Source: Verrucomicrobiota bacterium (lineage in GTDB: Bacteria > Verrucomicrobiota > Verrucomicrobiia > Verrucomicrobiales > Akkermansiaceae). From it: a stretch of DNA of 60,597 nt. Positions within the stretch are counted from its first letter, which is position 1. Every line of letters begins with the position of its first letter. This document shows, piece after piece, positions 20,152 to 30,194 of this stretch. Made by a program: the position numbers and the translations under genes. The DNA is taken from the NCBI GenBank assembly GCA_041182265.1, contig JBEGOB010000281.1, forward strand, positions 1-60,597. The letters run 5' to 3'. The notes beneath the pieces are model-generated. The model was not told the origin of the DNA and did not search any database. It worked only from the letters and a program-made list of their open reading frames with translations.

Positions 20152-21123
20152 ATGAAACCCGCCATAATCCTCACCCTCGCCCTGTCCGGACTGTTCATCA
20201 GTTGCAAAAAATCCGACACCCCGGATCAACTCAGCATCGCCGTCATCCCCAAGGGAGCCACCCACATCTACTGGAAATCCGTCGAAGTCGGCGCGAAAAA
20301 GGCCGCCGCTGAACTCGATGTCCAGATGACTTTCGTCGCCCCGCAACGCGAGGATGACCGCTCGCAACAAATCGACCTCGTCACCAACCAAGCCCTCCAA
20401 AGCGACGCCATCGTCCTCGCCCCGCTCGATGCCGTCGCTCTCCGGGATGCTGCAAAAACCGTCGCCGACAGCGGAAAACCGGTGGTCATCATCGACTCCG
20501 GCCTCGCGGATAGCCAATCGTTCATCACCAGCTACGTCGCCACCGACAACACCGAAGGCGGCCGCATCGCCGCCCGCCAATTGGCAACACTCCTCGAAGG
20601 AAAAGGCAAAGTCGCCGTCCTCCGCTACATGCAAGGCAGCGCCTCCACGGAACAACGCGAAGCTGGATTCCTTGAGGAAATTGCCAAAAGCCCAGGCATC
20701 GAAGTCGTGAGTTCCGAGCAATTTTCCGGGGCCACCGCCAGCCAAGCCCAAGACGTCGCCACCAACCTCCTCACCCGCCTAGCCGCCGGTGACTCGTTGT
20801 CTGTCAACGGAATCTTCTGCAGCAACCAGACGAACACCTACGGCATGCTTCAAGCACTCCGTGGCAAGAACCTCGCTGGAAAAGTCAATTTCATCGGCTT
20901 CGACTGCGACGCCACATTCATCGACGCGCTGAAAAAAGGTGAAATGAGCGGCACCATCCTCCAAGACCCCGTCAACATGGGCTACCTCGGCGTGAAGGCC
21001 GCTGTCGCTAAACTCAAGGGCGAGACCGTCGAACCCGTCATCGACACCGGCGCGACTCTCGTCACTTCCGCCAACATGACTGACCCGAAAATCGACGCGC
21101 TGATCAAAACTCAGCTCCCCTAA
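20152..21123 (+). CDS. Sugar ABC transporter substrate-binding lipoprotein (RbsB-like)
   Basis: Lipobox FIS-C, IAVIPKG, VIIDS, YVATDN, GFD, QDP..MGY. Confidence 0.92.
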   Translation: MKPAIILTLALSGLFISCKKSDTPDQLSIAVIPKGATHIYWKSVEVGAKKAAAELDVQMTFVAPQREDDRSQQIDLVTNQALQSDAIVLAPLDAVALRDAAKTVADSGKPVVIIDSGLADSQSFITSYVATDNTEGGRIAARQLATLLEGKGKVAVLRYMQGSASTEQREAGFLEEIAKSPGIEVVSSEQFSGATASQAQDVATNLLTRLAAGDSLSVNGIFCSNQTNTYGMLQALRGKNLAGKVNFIGFDCDATFIDALKKGEMSGTILQDPVNMGYLGVKAAVAKLKGETVEPVIDTGATLVTSANMTDPKIDALIKTQLP

Positions 21124-21145
21124 TTTTCCCCCAACCGCGGCCACC

Positions 21146-22681
21146 ATGCCCAGCACTCCAGCGCCCCGCCTCGTCATGCGAGGCATCCGCAAAACCTTCG
21201 GCCCCACCATCGCTCTCGGCATGGTGGATCTCGAAATCCTGCCCGGCGAGGTCCACGCTCTCGTCGGCGAAAATGGCGCTGGAAAAAGCACGCTCATGAA
21301 AATCCTGTCCGGCGCGCACTCGGCGGACAGCGGGGAAATGCTCATCGACGGCCACGCATACGCACCACGCAACCCGCTCGACGCGCGCGACCGCGGAGTT
21401 GGCATGATCTATCAGGAACTCTCGATCGCACCCCACCTCACCGTTGAGGAAAATATCGTGCTCGGCATGGAGCCGATGAAAGGCCCCTTCGTGGATCGTA
21501 AGGCCATGCGAGCTCGCGCGCTCGAAGCGCTCGCCCACTTTGAGCACCCGGACATCCGCCCGGACGCGCTCGCCTCCACCCTCTCGGTTTCCGCGCTCCA
21601 ACTCGTGGAAATCGGCCGCTCACTCGCCATGGGCTGCAAGCTGCTGGTCTTTGACGAGCCCACCTCATCCCTCGCCCAAAAGGATATCGAACGCCTCTTC
21701 TCCCTCATCGACCGCCTCAAGGCGCAGGGGATCTCGATCATCTACATCTCCCATTTCCTCGAGGAAGTGAAACGCCTCGCCAGCCGCCTCACCGTCATTC
21801 GCGACGGCTCGGTCGTCGGCACCCGCGAGGTCGCCACGGTGGAGGCGGAAGAAGTCGTCTCACTCATGGTCGGCCGCGACGTGAAAGATCTCTACCCTCG
21901 CACCCAGCACACCTGCGGCGAGAAACTCCTGGAAATCCAAAATCTCTCAGGCGCGCAAAAACCCGAAAATCTCAACCTTGAAGTGTTCCGTGGCGAGGTC
22001 GTCGGCATCGCCGGACTCGTTGGCTCGGGCCGCACGGAATTTCTCCGCACCCTCTTCGGCCTTGACCCCGTGAAGTCGGGCAGCGTGACCATCCGTGGCA
22101 ATAAAGACACCGCCAACCCGCGCAAACGCTGGCAGCAAGGCATCGGCATGCTCAGTGAAAACCGCAAGGAAGAGGGCCTCGCTCTCAATTTATCCATCGC
22201 TGACAACGTCACTCTCACCTGCCTCGAACGCTTCGGCCCCGCTGGCACTCTTTCTCCAAAAAAACAACAAGCGGCGACGCGCGCATGGATCTCACGCCTC
22301 GGCATCAAATGCCAAGGCCCCACTCAAGCCGTCGGCGCACTCTCCGGCGGCAACCAACAAAAAGCTGCTTTCGCCCGCCTGCTTGAGCACGATGTGGACC
22401 TCCTCCTTCTCGACGAACCCACACGCGGCATCGACATCGCCGCAAAAGCACGCATCTACGAGGCCATCAATGAGGTTGTCACCGACCCACAGCGCCCACG
22501 CGCCGTCATCATCATTTCCAGCTACCTGCCGGAACTTTTTGGCGTCTGCGACCGCATCGCCGTGATGAGCCAAGGCAAACTCACGCGCGCCGTCCCCGTC
22601 TCTCAACTCACCCCACACGACGTGATGCTCGTCGCCACCGGAAAATCCGCTGATCTACCGAATCCTGCACCCCTTTCTTAG
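21146..22681 (+). CDS. Sugar ABC transporter ATP-binding protein (two NBDs)
   Basis: GENGAGKST, DEPT, LSGGNQQK, DEPTRGID. Confidence 0.95.
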   Translation: MPSTPAPRLVMRGIRKTFGPTIALGMVDLEILPGEVHALVGENGAGKSTLMKILSGAHSADSGEMLIDGHAYAPRNPLDARDRGVGMIYQELSIAPHLTVEENIVLGMEPMKGPFVDRKAMRARALEALAHFEHPDIRPDALASTLSVSALQLVEIGRSLAMGCKLLVFDEPTSSLAQKDIERLFSLIDRLKAQGISIIYISHFLEEVKRLASRLTVIRDGSVVGTREVATVEAEEVVSLMVGRDVKDLYPRTQHTCGEKLLEIQNLSGAQKPENLNLEVFRGEVVGIAGLVGSGRTEFLRTLFGLDPVKSGSVTIRGNKDTANPRKRWQQGIGMLSENRKEEGLALNLSIADNVTLTCLERFGPAGTLSPKKQQAATRAWISRLGIKCQGPTQAVGALSGGNQQKAAFARLLEHDVDLLLLDEPTRGIDIAAKARIYEAINEVVTDPQRPRAVIIISSYLPELFGVCDRIAVMSQGKLTRAVPVSQLTPHDVMLVATGKSADLPNPAPLS

Positions 22682-22690
22682 TCTCTCTCC

Positions 22691-23635
22691 ATGAACGCAA
22701 TCCGCCTCAAATCCGCCTTCGCCCTGCTCGGGCCATTCATCGCACTGCTCGTGGTTTACTCGATCTTCGGCCTGATGAATCCCCGGATGTTCAGTGAAAA
22801 TGTCCTCCTCAGCCTGCTCACTCAGTCGGTCATCATCGGCACCGCCGCCATCGGCATGACCCTGATCATCATCGCCGGCGGCATCGATCTTTCCGTGGGC
22901 TCGATCATCGCTCTCTGCGGCGTCGCAGCTGCCACGCTGGTGAACTCTAGCTACCCACCCATCGTGGTTTTCGCCGCCACCCTCGCCTTCGGTGCCGCTT
23001 GCGGACTCCTCAACGGCGGTCTAACCGTAGGCCTCAAGCTGCTGCCCTTCATCATCACTCTTGGAACCATGCAAATCTTCCGCGGCGCTGGAAAAGTCGC
23101 CACGGACGGCACCCCGGTCAATCTCCCCTTCGACGAGACCGCCTACAAGGCATGGATGGGCGGCCCCGGCATCCCATGGGGCGTCTGGCTCATGCTTTTC
23201 CTCGCCCTCGCCTTCACCCTGCTCCTCCGCCACACACGCTTCGGCAGACACATTTTCGCCGTCGGCTCCAACAGCCAAACCGCAACTCTCTGCGGCGTGA
23301 ACGTCGCGAAGGTGAAACTCAGCGTTTACATGATCGGCGGCGCTCTTGCCGGACTCTCCGCCATGATGAATATGGCAAAGTCCTCTCAGGGCGATCCAAC
23401 AACGGCGATGGGCTGGGAACTCGACATCATCGCCGCTGTCGTCATCGGCGGGGCCAGCCTCTCAGGCGGCGAGGGCACGGTGCTCGGCGCGGTCATCGGC
23501 GCACTTCTCATGACGACGATCCGCACCGGCTGCGCTCTCAACGGCATTCCCACCCCGTGGACAGAAGTCATCACCGGTGCCATCATCGTGATCGCCGTGA
23601 TCATCGACCGCCTGCGTCACCGCAAGGCGGCCTAA
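22691..23635 (+). CDS. Sugar ABC transporter permease
   Basis: GGIDLSVGS, PFIITLGT, FGRHIFAVGSN, ELDIIAAVVIGG.SL.GG.G. Confidence 0.95.
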   Translation: MNAIRLKSAFALLGPFIALLVVYSIFGLMNPRMFSENVLLSLLTQSVIIGTAAIGMTLIIIAGGIDLSVGSIIALCGVAAATLVNSSYPPIVVFAATLAFGAACGLLNGGLTVGLKLLPFIITLGTMQIFRGAGKVATDGTPVNLPFDETAYKAWMGGPGIPWGVWLMLFLALAFTLLLRHTRFGRHIFAVGSNSQTATLCGVNVAKVKLSVYMIGGALAGLSAMMNMAKSSQGDPTTAMGWELDIIAAVVIGGASLSGGEGTVLGAVIGALLMTTIRTGCALNGIPTPWTEVITGAIIVIAVIIDRLRHRKAA

Positions 23636-23642
23636 AGCACGC

Positions 23643-24302
23643 TCACTCGGCCTGCGCCCCGCCTAACCAATTCTCCGCGCTGAGTCGGTAAAATTTCTGC
23701 GCACCCGCAGGATTGACCGGCCACTCGAATTCAAGCCGCTCGCCATCCTCACCCACGGCGTCGCTCACTTGCACCGTTCCCACACGCGTCCACGTCAGCA
23801 TATCATCGCTTTCCTCGACGAAGAATTCGGGTGCCGTAGCCACCGCAGCCTTGGGAAAAAACCACTTGAAGCCTGAGCCATCCGACCGCGCGGACTTTTC
23901 AATTTTTCCGCCATGCGGCAAGGGCGGCCGCGCCACCGTCACGGTCAATGACTCGGACGGCGCACTCTCCACGCCACCATCCGCCACCGCCCTAACTGAT
24001 AAGTGATAGGTCTTCCCATACTCTAAATTCTCGACCGCACAGCGAGTTGACTGCACTTCTCGCGCGACCTGGCGCACCGTCCCGTCCTCCGCCTCGAGAT
24101 ACACATTGTATCCCCGCACTCCCGTTTCCGGAACCGCATTCCAACCGAGCGTAAGCCGCTGCGAACCGCCGCCGGATGACTCGGTGGCAGCCTGTGTTAG
24201 GCCTGCCGCCGCGCCGCAAACAGCGATGGCAAGACCTCCTAACGATTTAGCGGCATACCGTCCGGAAGCCGCAGTCCAATGGGTAGTTTTAGCAAATTGC
24301 AT
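23643..24302 (-). CDS. Exported fibronectin type III protein with C-terminal FYRL-ending beta domain
   Basis: LGWNAV..GYNVY..LEYGKTY.LSVRAV..ESAPS (Fn3), then VEESDDMLTW...QKFYRL. Confidence 0.7.
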   Translation of the reverse strand: MQFAKTTHWTAASGRYAAKSLGGLAIAVCGAAAGLTQAATESSGGGSQRLTLGWNAVPETGVRGYNVYLEAEDGTVRQVAREVQSTRCAVENLEYGKTYHLSVRAVADGGVESAPSESLTVTVARPPLPHGGKIEKSARSDGSGFKWFFPKAAVATAPEFFVEESDDMLTWTRVGTVQVSDAVGEDGERLEFEWPVNPAGAQKFYRLSAENWLGGAQAE

Positions 24303-24499
24303 CCCCGAGTTTTACCCATTCCGGCATGAGGGAAAGACCTATTATTCCACGCTTCCACATGCAACTCACCCTGAATTAAAAATAAGTATTTTCCCCTAAA
24401 TTGCTCCAATAGCGCGCGCCTCAATCGATGCTCCCCCCCTTCAAATTTCGGCAAATTCGGTGCTGGAATCCGCCTGCACCACTCGTGCATCTTCCCCGC

Positions 24500-25546
24500 A
24501 TGACTGCTGCCGATGCCGGATTCTCAATGCCTCCCGAATGGTCTCACCAAGAGGCCGTTTGGCTTTCTTGGCCAGTCGATGACCCACGCCACTGGGGCGG
24601 GGCCAAGCGCGACATGATGCACGCGAAATTCGCGGAAATCGCCGCCGCCATCTCGCGCTTCGAGCCAGTCCGCATCAACGCTCCGGGCGCGGAACACAGC
24701 GCCATCTCCGCGCTCTGCAACCGCGCGAAGGCCATCCCCGAAAATGTCCAACTCTTTGACCACCCGCACAATGACGTCTGGTGCCGCGACCACGGACCGA
24801 TCTTTCTCAAACACGCCACCACCGGCGAGGTAGCCCTCAGCGACTGGGAATTCAACGCATGGGGCGGCAAGTTTCCACCCTGGGACGCGGACAACACCAT
24901 TCCCCGCCGCATCGCACAAGCACTCGGCATGCGACACTTTCCCGGCGGAATGATCCTCGAAGGCGGTGCCATCGAGGTCAACGGCTCAGGCCAAGTCCTC
25001 ACCACCGAGGCCGTTCTCCTCAACCCGAATCGCAACCCAAACCTCACGCGCGAGGAGATTGAACACAAACTCCGCGCCGGCCTCGGTATCTCTGAGGTGC
25101 TCTGGCTCAAACAAGGCATCGAGGGCGACGATACGGATGGCCACATCGACGACCTCGCACGCTTCGTCGATCCACAAACGCTACTCGCCTGCATTGAGCG
25201 CGACCCGGCATCGCCAAACCGCGCGATCCTTGAGGAGAATTTATCCCACCTCAAATCCTTCCTTGGCCCGAACGGACGCCCCTTCGAGGTGCTGGAAATC
25301 CCCCTCCCCGAGGCCTGCGAAGTCGCCGGTTGGCGACTGCCAGTCCTCCCCGCCTCCTATGTCAACTTCCTCATCGTCAATGGCGGCGTGCTCGTCCCAA
25401 ACTTCCGCCAAGAGAAAAACGATGACCGCGCGCTCGGCATGATCCGCGAGCTATTCCCAGACCGGGAAGTGGTCGGCATCGACTGCCTCGACTTGGTGGA
25501 AGAAGGTGGCACGCTGCACTGCATTTCCCAGCAGCAACCGGCATGA
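24500..25546 (+). CDS. aguA: Agmatine deiminase
   Basis: MPPEW, WCRDHGP, FNAWG, LEGG, DDTDGHID, ASYVNF, GGTLHCISQQQP. Confidence 0.92.
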   Translation: MTAADAGFSMPPEWSHQEAVWLSWPVDDPRHWGGAKRDMMHAKFAEIAAAISRFEPVRINAPGAEHSAISALCNRAKAIPENVQLFDHPHNDVWCRDHGPIFLKHATTGEVALSDWEFNAWGGKFPPWDADNTIPRRIAQALGMRHFPGGMILEGGAIEVNGSGQVLTTEAVLLNPNRNPNLTREEIEHKLRAGLGISEVLWLKQGIEGDDTDGHIDDLARFVDPQTLLACIERDPASPNRAILEENLSHLKSFLGPNGRPFEVLEIPLPEACEVAGWRLPVLPASYVNFLIVNGGVLVPNFRQEKNDDRALGMIRELFPDREVVGIDCLDLVEEGGTLHCISQQQPA

Positions 25547-25566
25547 CACCCGCCTGCCCGCCTGGC

Positions 25567-27123
25567 TCAGGCGCCTAGACCGGTGATGATTTCACATTCT
25601 GGCAGTTTCTTTTTCAACGCCTCGACCGTGGCGGGAGTCACCGCAGTCTGCCAGAGATAAAGCCGCTTGAGATTTGGCATCGCCGCGAGCTTGGCCACTC
25701 CGGCATCGCTCACTTTGGTCCCATAGAGATTGATCGACTCCAGGCTCGGAATTTTCAAAAGCGAATCCAACGCCGCATCCGTGATGCCCGTCTCCGCCAA
25801 GCGAATCAAGCGCAGTTGCTTCGCCCCGACGAGCTGCGCAACCGCTTGATCCGTGACCTTGGTGGCGGATAGATCGACGGTCACAAACTGCCCACTCACA
25901 GGCTGAAGCTGCTTGAACGCCGCGTCATCGAAGTTTCCACGCAGGGAAACCGCAGTGAACGTCAGCAAGGCCGATTGTTGCGACTCAAAACTCAGTGCTC
26001 CCGGGAAAACATCGGAAAGCTTGATCACCGCCGCTCTCAGCGCGTCATCCGGCACCGTAGCCTTGGGCGCACCATGTGCCGAGCCACCATCCGTGGCCCC
26101 TGCAACCGGCACTCCACTTGGCAAAAGCTTGCCAATCGCCTCTTGAATCAAAGCCGGGACCTCAACCTCGGAAAGCGCCTTTTTCTCGTCCGCACCGCTG
26201 TCGATCCACCACTTGATCACCGCGATTTCCGAGTCCTCGATGTGCTTGCCCTCAGGCGGCATGCGTTCGTCATCGTCGTCCGGCAACTCCATGCGCACGA
26301 CGACGTTGCTCTTCGCAGAATCCCCCGGGACCAAGCCCGCATCTTCCTTGCCGCCCTTCACAAGCAACTCATAGGTGTCCATCCGGAATTTCCCCTTGGA
26401 CTTGCCCTCCTTGTGACACTGGACGCAGCGACGCTCAAAAATCGGCGCGACAATGTCTGCATAAACGAACTGCACGGGTGGCTCGCCTTCTTGCGTCGCC
26501 TTATCCTTCTTTTCATCCACCGGCACCCCGATGATTTTCTTCAGCGGCTCCGGCGCATAAACCGTCAAATAATCGCTGCCATGCGTCATGGATGCACCGT
26601 CATGACTCGTGAATCCCATCACCCCGACACTCGCAAACAAGAGCACCCGGTAAAACGCCGGGTTACCCGCGAGCGCAAAGGTCCAAGCCTTCAAAATGAA
26701 CGTCGTCACCGCCGCCACCGCGAAAATCAAACCACCCCACAAATGCCGCTCCGCCACCTCGCTGCCCGCGTATTCCTCGCCGCCATGGTAAAGCATGAAA
26801 CCCGCAAGCACCGCGACAATCGCACTGGCAGCTCCAAAAAATAACGGAAACAAACCCGCCTCCTCCTCACGCTGACCACGCTTGCCAAAAATCGCACCCA
26901 GCTCCTGAAACAAAATCAACGCAAACACACCGATCGGCAGATGCAGCACAACCGGATGAAAATGCCCGAAAAACCTGACAATATCCGGCATTTTCTCCGC
27001 GTCCGGTGGCCCTGCTAAAAATGGCAAAGCAACAAGGCCCGCCACGGCAAGCAGCCCGAAAAAGCTTAGAAACCAAGGTTTTTTGCGCCCGAAGGCGGGG
27101 TTGGAGAGGTCGTTAGCGGCCAT
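25567..27123 (-). CDS. Membrane protein with DUF2231-like TM domain, planctomycete-type cytochrome c and LRR domain
   Basis: GHFHPVVLHLPIG TM domain, CVQCH heme motif, RMPP, C-terminal LxxLxLxxTxVTD repeats. Confidence 0.82.
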   Translation of the reverse strand: MAANDLSNPAFGRKKPWFLSFFGLLAVAGLVALPFLAGPPDAEKMPDIVRFFGHFHPVVLHLPIGVFALILFQELGAIFGKRGQREEEAGLFPLFFGAASAIVAVLAGFMLYHGGEEYAGSEVAERHLWGGLIFAVAAVTTFILKAWTFALAGNPAFYRVLLFASVGVMGFTSHDGASMTHGSDYLTVYAPEPLKKIIGVPVDEKKDKATQEGEPPVQFVYADIVAPIFERRCVQCHKEGKSKGKFRMDTYELLVKGGKEDAGLVPGDSAKSNVVVRMELPDDDDERMPPEGKHIEDSEIAVIKWWIDSGADEKKALSEVEVPALIQEAIGKLLPSGVPVAGATDGGSAHGAPKATVPDDALRAAVIKLSDVFPGALSFESQQSALLTFTAVSLRGNFDDAAFKQLQPVSGQFVTVDLSATKVTDQAVAQLVGAKQLRLIRLAETGITDAALDSLLKIPSLESINLYGTKVSDAGVAKLAAMPNLKRLYLWQTAVTPATVEALKKKLPECEIITGLGA

Positions 27124-27293
27124 AGGAATGCACCCAATACGCCACACCCAAGACTCATCTTCCAGCCTCCATTAAAATTTTCCCATAGCCCGCAAACACG
27201 TGAGTCACCCACTCGAAATCCACACTCGCCCGAAAATCCTCAAAAACTGCTGGCATCCCCCCACATTCCGAGTCTCAGTCACCCCAAGAAATC

Positions 27294-28490
27294 ATGTTTG
27301 TCATCTCGATCCCCGCCCTGCAACGCAACACCGCCATTTTACGCGCCGTGAAGGAGGCCGCCGGCTGCCATCTGGTCCTCGCACTCAAAGGGTTCTCCTG
27401 CTGGAAGGCATTTCCACACATCCGCCCGGATCTCGACGGCTGCTGCGCCTCTGGCCTCTGGGAAGCCAGACTTGCCCACGATTATTTCAAAAAACACATC
27501 ATCACCTACTCTCCCGCCTACGACGAGGCGGACGTGGCCGCGCTCTGTGAATTCACCGACCACCTGGACTTCAATTCGCTCTCGCAGTGGTTCCGCTTCC
27601 GCGACCAAATCCGCGCACACCCGCGCTTTCTCAAGGGCGAGCTCCTCTGCGGCCTGCGCATCAACCCAGAATGCTCGACCGGGGAAACTCCCATCTACGA
27701 CCCCTGCATTCCCGGATCACGCCTCGGAATCACCGCCGAACAACTCGCCAACGCGGATCTTAGCGGCCTCTCAGGACTGCATTTCCACACACTCTGCGAA
27801 CAAAACTCGGACGATCTCGAGAAAACACTCGTCGCCGTTGATGCAAAATTCGGCCACCTCCTGCGATCCCCGCAATTCACCTATCTCAACATGGGCGGCG
27901 GCCACTGGATCACCAAACCCTTCTACGACCGCGAGCGCCTCATCCGCCTCGTCCGCGAAACCCGGGAAAAATACGCGGTCGATGTCTGGCTCGAACCCGG
28001 CGAAGCCATCGCCATTCACACCGGCGTCCTCCGCGCCACCGTCATGGATGTGTTCGAGTCCGCTGGCCACCGCCTCGCGATTCTCAGCATCTCCGCCACC
28101 GCGCACATGCCGGATGTGATGGAAATGCCTTACCGCCCGGATGTCTTCCTAGTGGACCCCGCAGCATCCTCGGACACCCCGCCCGCCGTCCAATGCGCAG
28201 GGGAAAATTACCACGCCGCCGGCGATCCTTCCACCGCGCCCTCCCCTTTCACCTACCGCCTCGGTGGCCCCACCTGCCTCGCTGGCGATGTGGTCGGAGA
28301 TTTCACTTTCCCACGCGAACTGAGAGTCGGCGACATTCTCGTGTTCGACGACATGGCGCACTACACGATGGTCAAAACCACAACCTTCAACGGCGTGAAA
28401 CATCCCTCCATCGCGCTCCAACACGCAGACGGAAATTTGGAAATTCTCCGCGAGTTTGCCTACGAAGATTTCCGCGATCGGCTCTGTTAA
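27294..28490 (+). CDS. nspC: Carboxynorspermidine decarboxylase
   Basis: LALKGFS, SGLWEA, GLRINPE, YDPC..GSRLG, GLHFHTLCEQ, NMGGGH, EPGEA, CLAGD, YTMVK.TTFNG. Confidence 0.92.
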   Translation: MFVISIPALQRNTAILRAVKEAAGCHLVLALKGFSCWKAFPHIRPDLDGCCASGLWEARLAHDYFKKHIITYSPAYDEADVAALCEFTDHLDFNSLSQWFRFRDQIRAHPRFLKGELLCGLRINPECSTGETPIYDPCIPGSRLGITAEQLANADLSGLSGLHFHTLCEQNSDDLEKTLVAVDAKFGHLLRSPQFTYLNMGGGHWITKPFYDRERLIRLVRETREKYAVDVWLEPGEAIAIHTGVLRATVMDVFESAGHRLAILSISATAHMPDVMEMPYRPDVFLVDPAASSDTPPAVQCAGENYHAAGDPSTAPSPFTYRLGGPTCLAGDVVGDFTFPRELRVGDILVFDDMAHYTMVKTTTFNGVKHPSIALQHADGNLEILREFAYEDFRDRLC

Positions 28491-28498
28491 GTGGAATT

Positions 28499-29242
28499 TC
28501 AGCCCAGCGCGCGGCTCAGATCATTCGCGTGGCGATACCCCAGATGATAGGCCACCGCCTTGACTTGCCAACCTTCCTCACGGATGAGCCGGCGCGCCTC
28601 ATCCATCTTCACCTTCCGGAAATACGCACCCGGCGCCAACCCTGTGCGCGCATGGAAAAACCGGTGCAGCGTGCTCGGCGACATCCGCAAGTAATCGCAC
28701 AGGGCCGGCACCGGCGCGTGAATTGCCAGATTGCCCGCCATCCATGCGCTCGCCAATTTCCAGCGCATTTCATCCTCCGCCGGACTCGCTCGGTCACCTC
28801 GCAAAATTTCAACCTCCAACAACTCGCGCAACGACGCCAAGGTCCGCGGCAACTGCCCATCCGCCAAGGCCACCTCATCGCCACACCGCGCATGCAACTC
28901 ACGCAGTGCCCCAACCGACTTGGCCATCTGCTGAAACATCCGGAAACCGCCCAAATCAGGCCGCAACTCAGGTAAAACCGCCTGCCCCTGCCAGATCCAC
29001 ACCAAAATCTCCACCATTCCCCGCGCCTCCTGCGTGACTCCAAACGCACACGCCGGATCAAACAAAATTGCCACCGGCCCGCGCACCGTCTGACGCCCAG
29101 ACTCGGTGCTAAGCACCACCTCACCACTCAAAATCACATAGTAGTTCGTCCCCAAGTCGTAATGCATCGCTAAGGGATCTTTGGCAAAATCACGCTGCCC
29201 CACCCCAAGTAAAGCAAGGGCAAACCCTCGCCCCCACCCCAA
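28499..29242 (-). CDS. AraC family transcriptional regulator (divergent from the L-hexose operon)
   Basis: C-terminal SPSTLHRFF..G.APG.Y and VKAVAYHLGYRHANDLSR. Start uncertain (TTG 29242 or ATG 29167). Confidence 0.85.
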   Translation of the reverse strand: MGWGRGFALALLGVGQRDFAKDPLAMHYDLGTNYYVILSGEVVLSTESGRQTVRGPVAILFDPACAFGVTQEARGMVEILVWIWQGQAVLPELRPDLGGFRMFQQMAKSVGALRELHARCGDEVALADGQLPRTLASLRELLEVEILRGDRASPAEDEMRWKLASAWMAGNLAIHAPVPALCDYLRMSPSTLHRFFHARTGLAPGAYFRKVKMDEARRLIREEGWQVKAVAYHLGYRHANDLSRALG

Positions 29243-29395
29243 CTCGGACGGCCCGGCGGCGGAATAATCGTTCCCTTGGGTATCGGGCTTTGCATGATAG
29301 CAGTTTATGTCACCACCAAGGAATCGGCTAGCTTTTTTCCATATCCACGCACGCCACGCGCCTCTAAGTTCTGCCGCGTCAAAGCCCGCGCCTTC

Positions 29396-30193
29396 ATGAA
29401 ATCCGCCATCACTCTCTGCCAAGTGCCCGAAGCCGCCAGCGGTCCCTTCGTCTTTCGCTCGCCTCTCCCGCTGGCCTTCGCGACCGCTGCGGAACTCGGC
29501 TTCGATGCGGTGGAACTCTTTCTCCCAGGCCCCGACTTCATCAGCGTCGAGGAAATTCAGTCGCTCTCCGCAACGCACGGCCTCGCGATCGCAGCCGTCG
29601 GAACCGGCGCAGGATGGCTCCAAAACGGACTCAGCCTCACCCACCCAGACCCGGAAAATCGCCGCGCGGCTCTCGATTTCATCACTTCAATGGTCGAGTT
29701 CGGCGGCCAACTGCACGCTCCCGCCATCCTCGGCTCAATGCAAGGACGCAGCACCGGCCCGGAATCCATCCTCCACCTCGCCGCCGCCCTCCGCCACTGC
29801 GCAAACCTCGCCGCTCGCTTCTCCGTCCCCTTCCTCTACGAACCTCTGAACCGCTACGAAACCAATCTCTTCAACCGGCTATCAGACGCAACTCACTTTC
29901 TCGACGCTCACGACCTCCAAAACGTCATGCTGCTCGCCGACCTCTTCCACATGAACATCGAGGAAACGGACCTCCCCGCCGCCATCCGCAACGCTGCCCA
30001 TCGCATCGGGCATGTGCATTTCGCCGATTCTAACCGCATGGCAATCGGTTTCGGCCACACCGCCGTAGCACCGATCATCGACGCACTTCGAGAAATTTCC
30101 TACACCGGCTATCTATCCGCCGAGATTCTCCCGCTACCTGATCCGGAGACCGCCGCCCGCCAAACTCGATCCGCCCTCGACCAACTTACCTAA
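29396..30193 (+). CDS. Ketose 3-epimerase family TIM-barrel protein (IolO / 5-keto-L-gluconate epimerase-like)
   Basis: GFDAVEL, YEPLNRYE, DLFHMNIEE, HVHFADSNR, LSAE metal/catalytic motifs. Confidence 0.8.
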   Translation: MKSAITLCQVPEAASGPFVFRSPLPLAFATAAELGFDAVELFLPGPDFISVEEIQSLSATHGLAIAAVGTGAGWLQNGLSLTHPDPENRRAALDFITSMVEFGGQLHAPAILGSMQGRSTGPESILHLAAALRHCANLAARFSVPFLYEPLNRYETNLFNRLSDATHFLDAHDLQNVMLLADLFHMNIEETDLPAAIRNAAHRIGHVHFADSNRMAIGFGHTAVAPIIDALREISYTGYLSAEILPLPDPETAARQTRSALDQLT

Positions 30194-30194
30194 C

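Noticed and set aside
19069-20751. 560-aa antisense ORF over fucI and the binding protein
   Set aside because: Shadow ORF with no domain signal.
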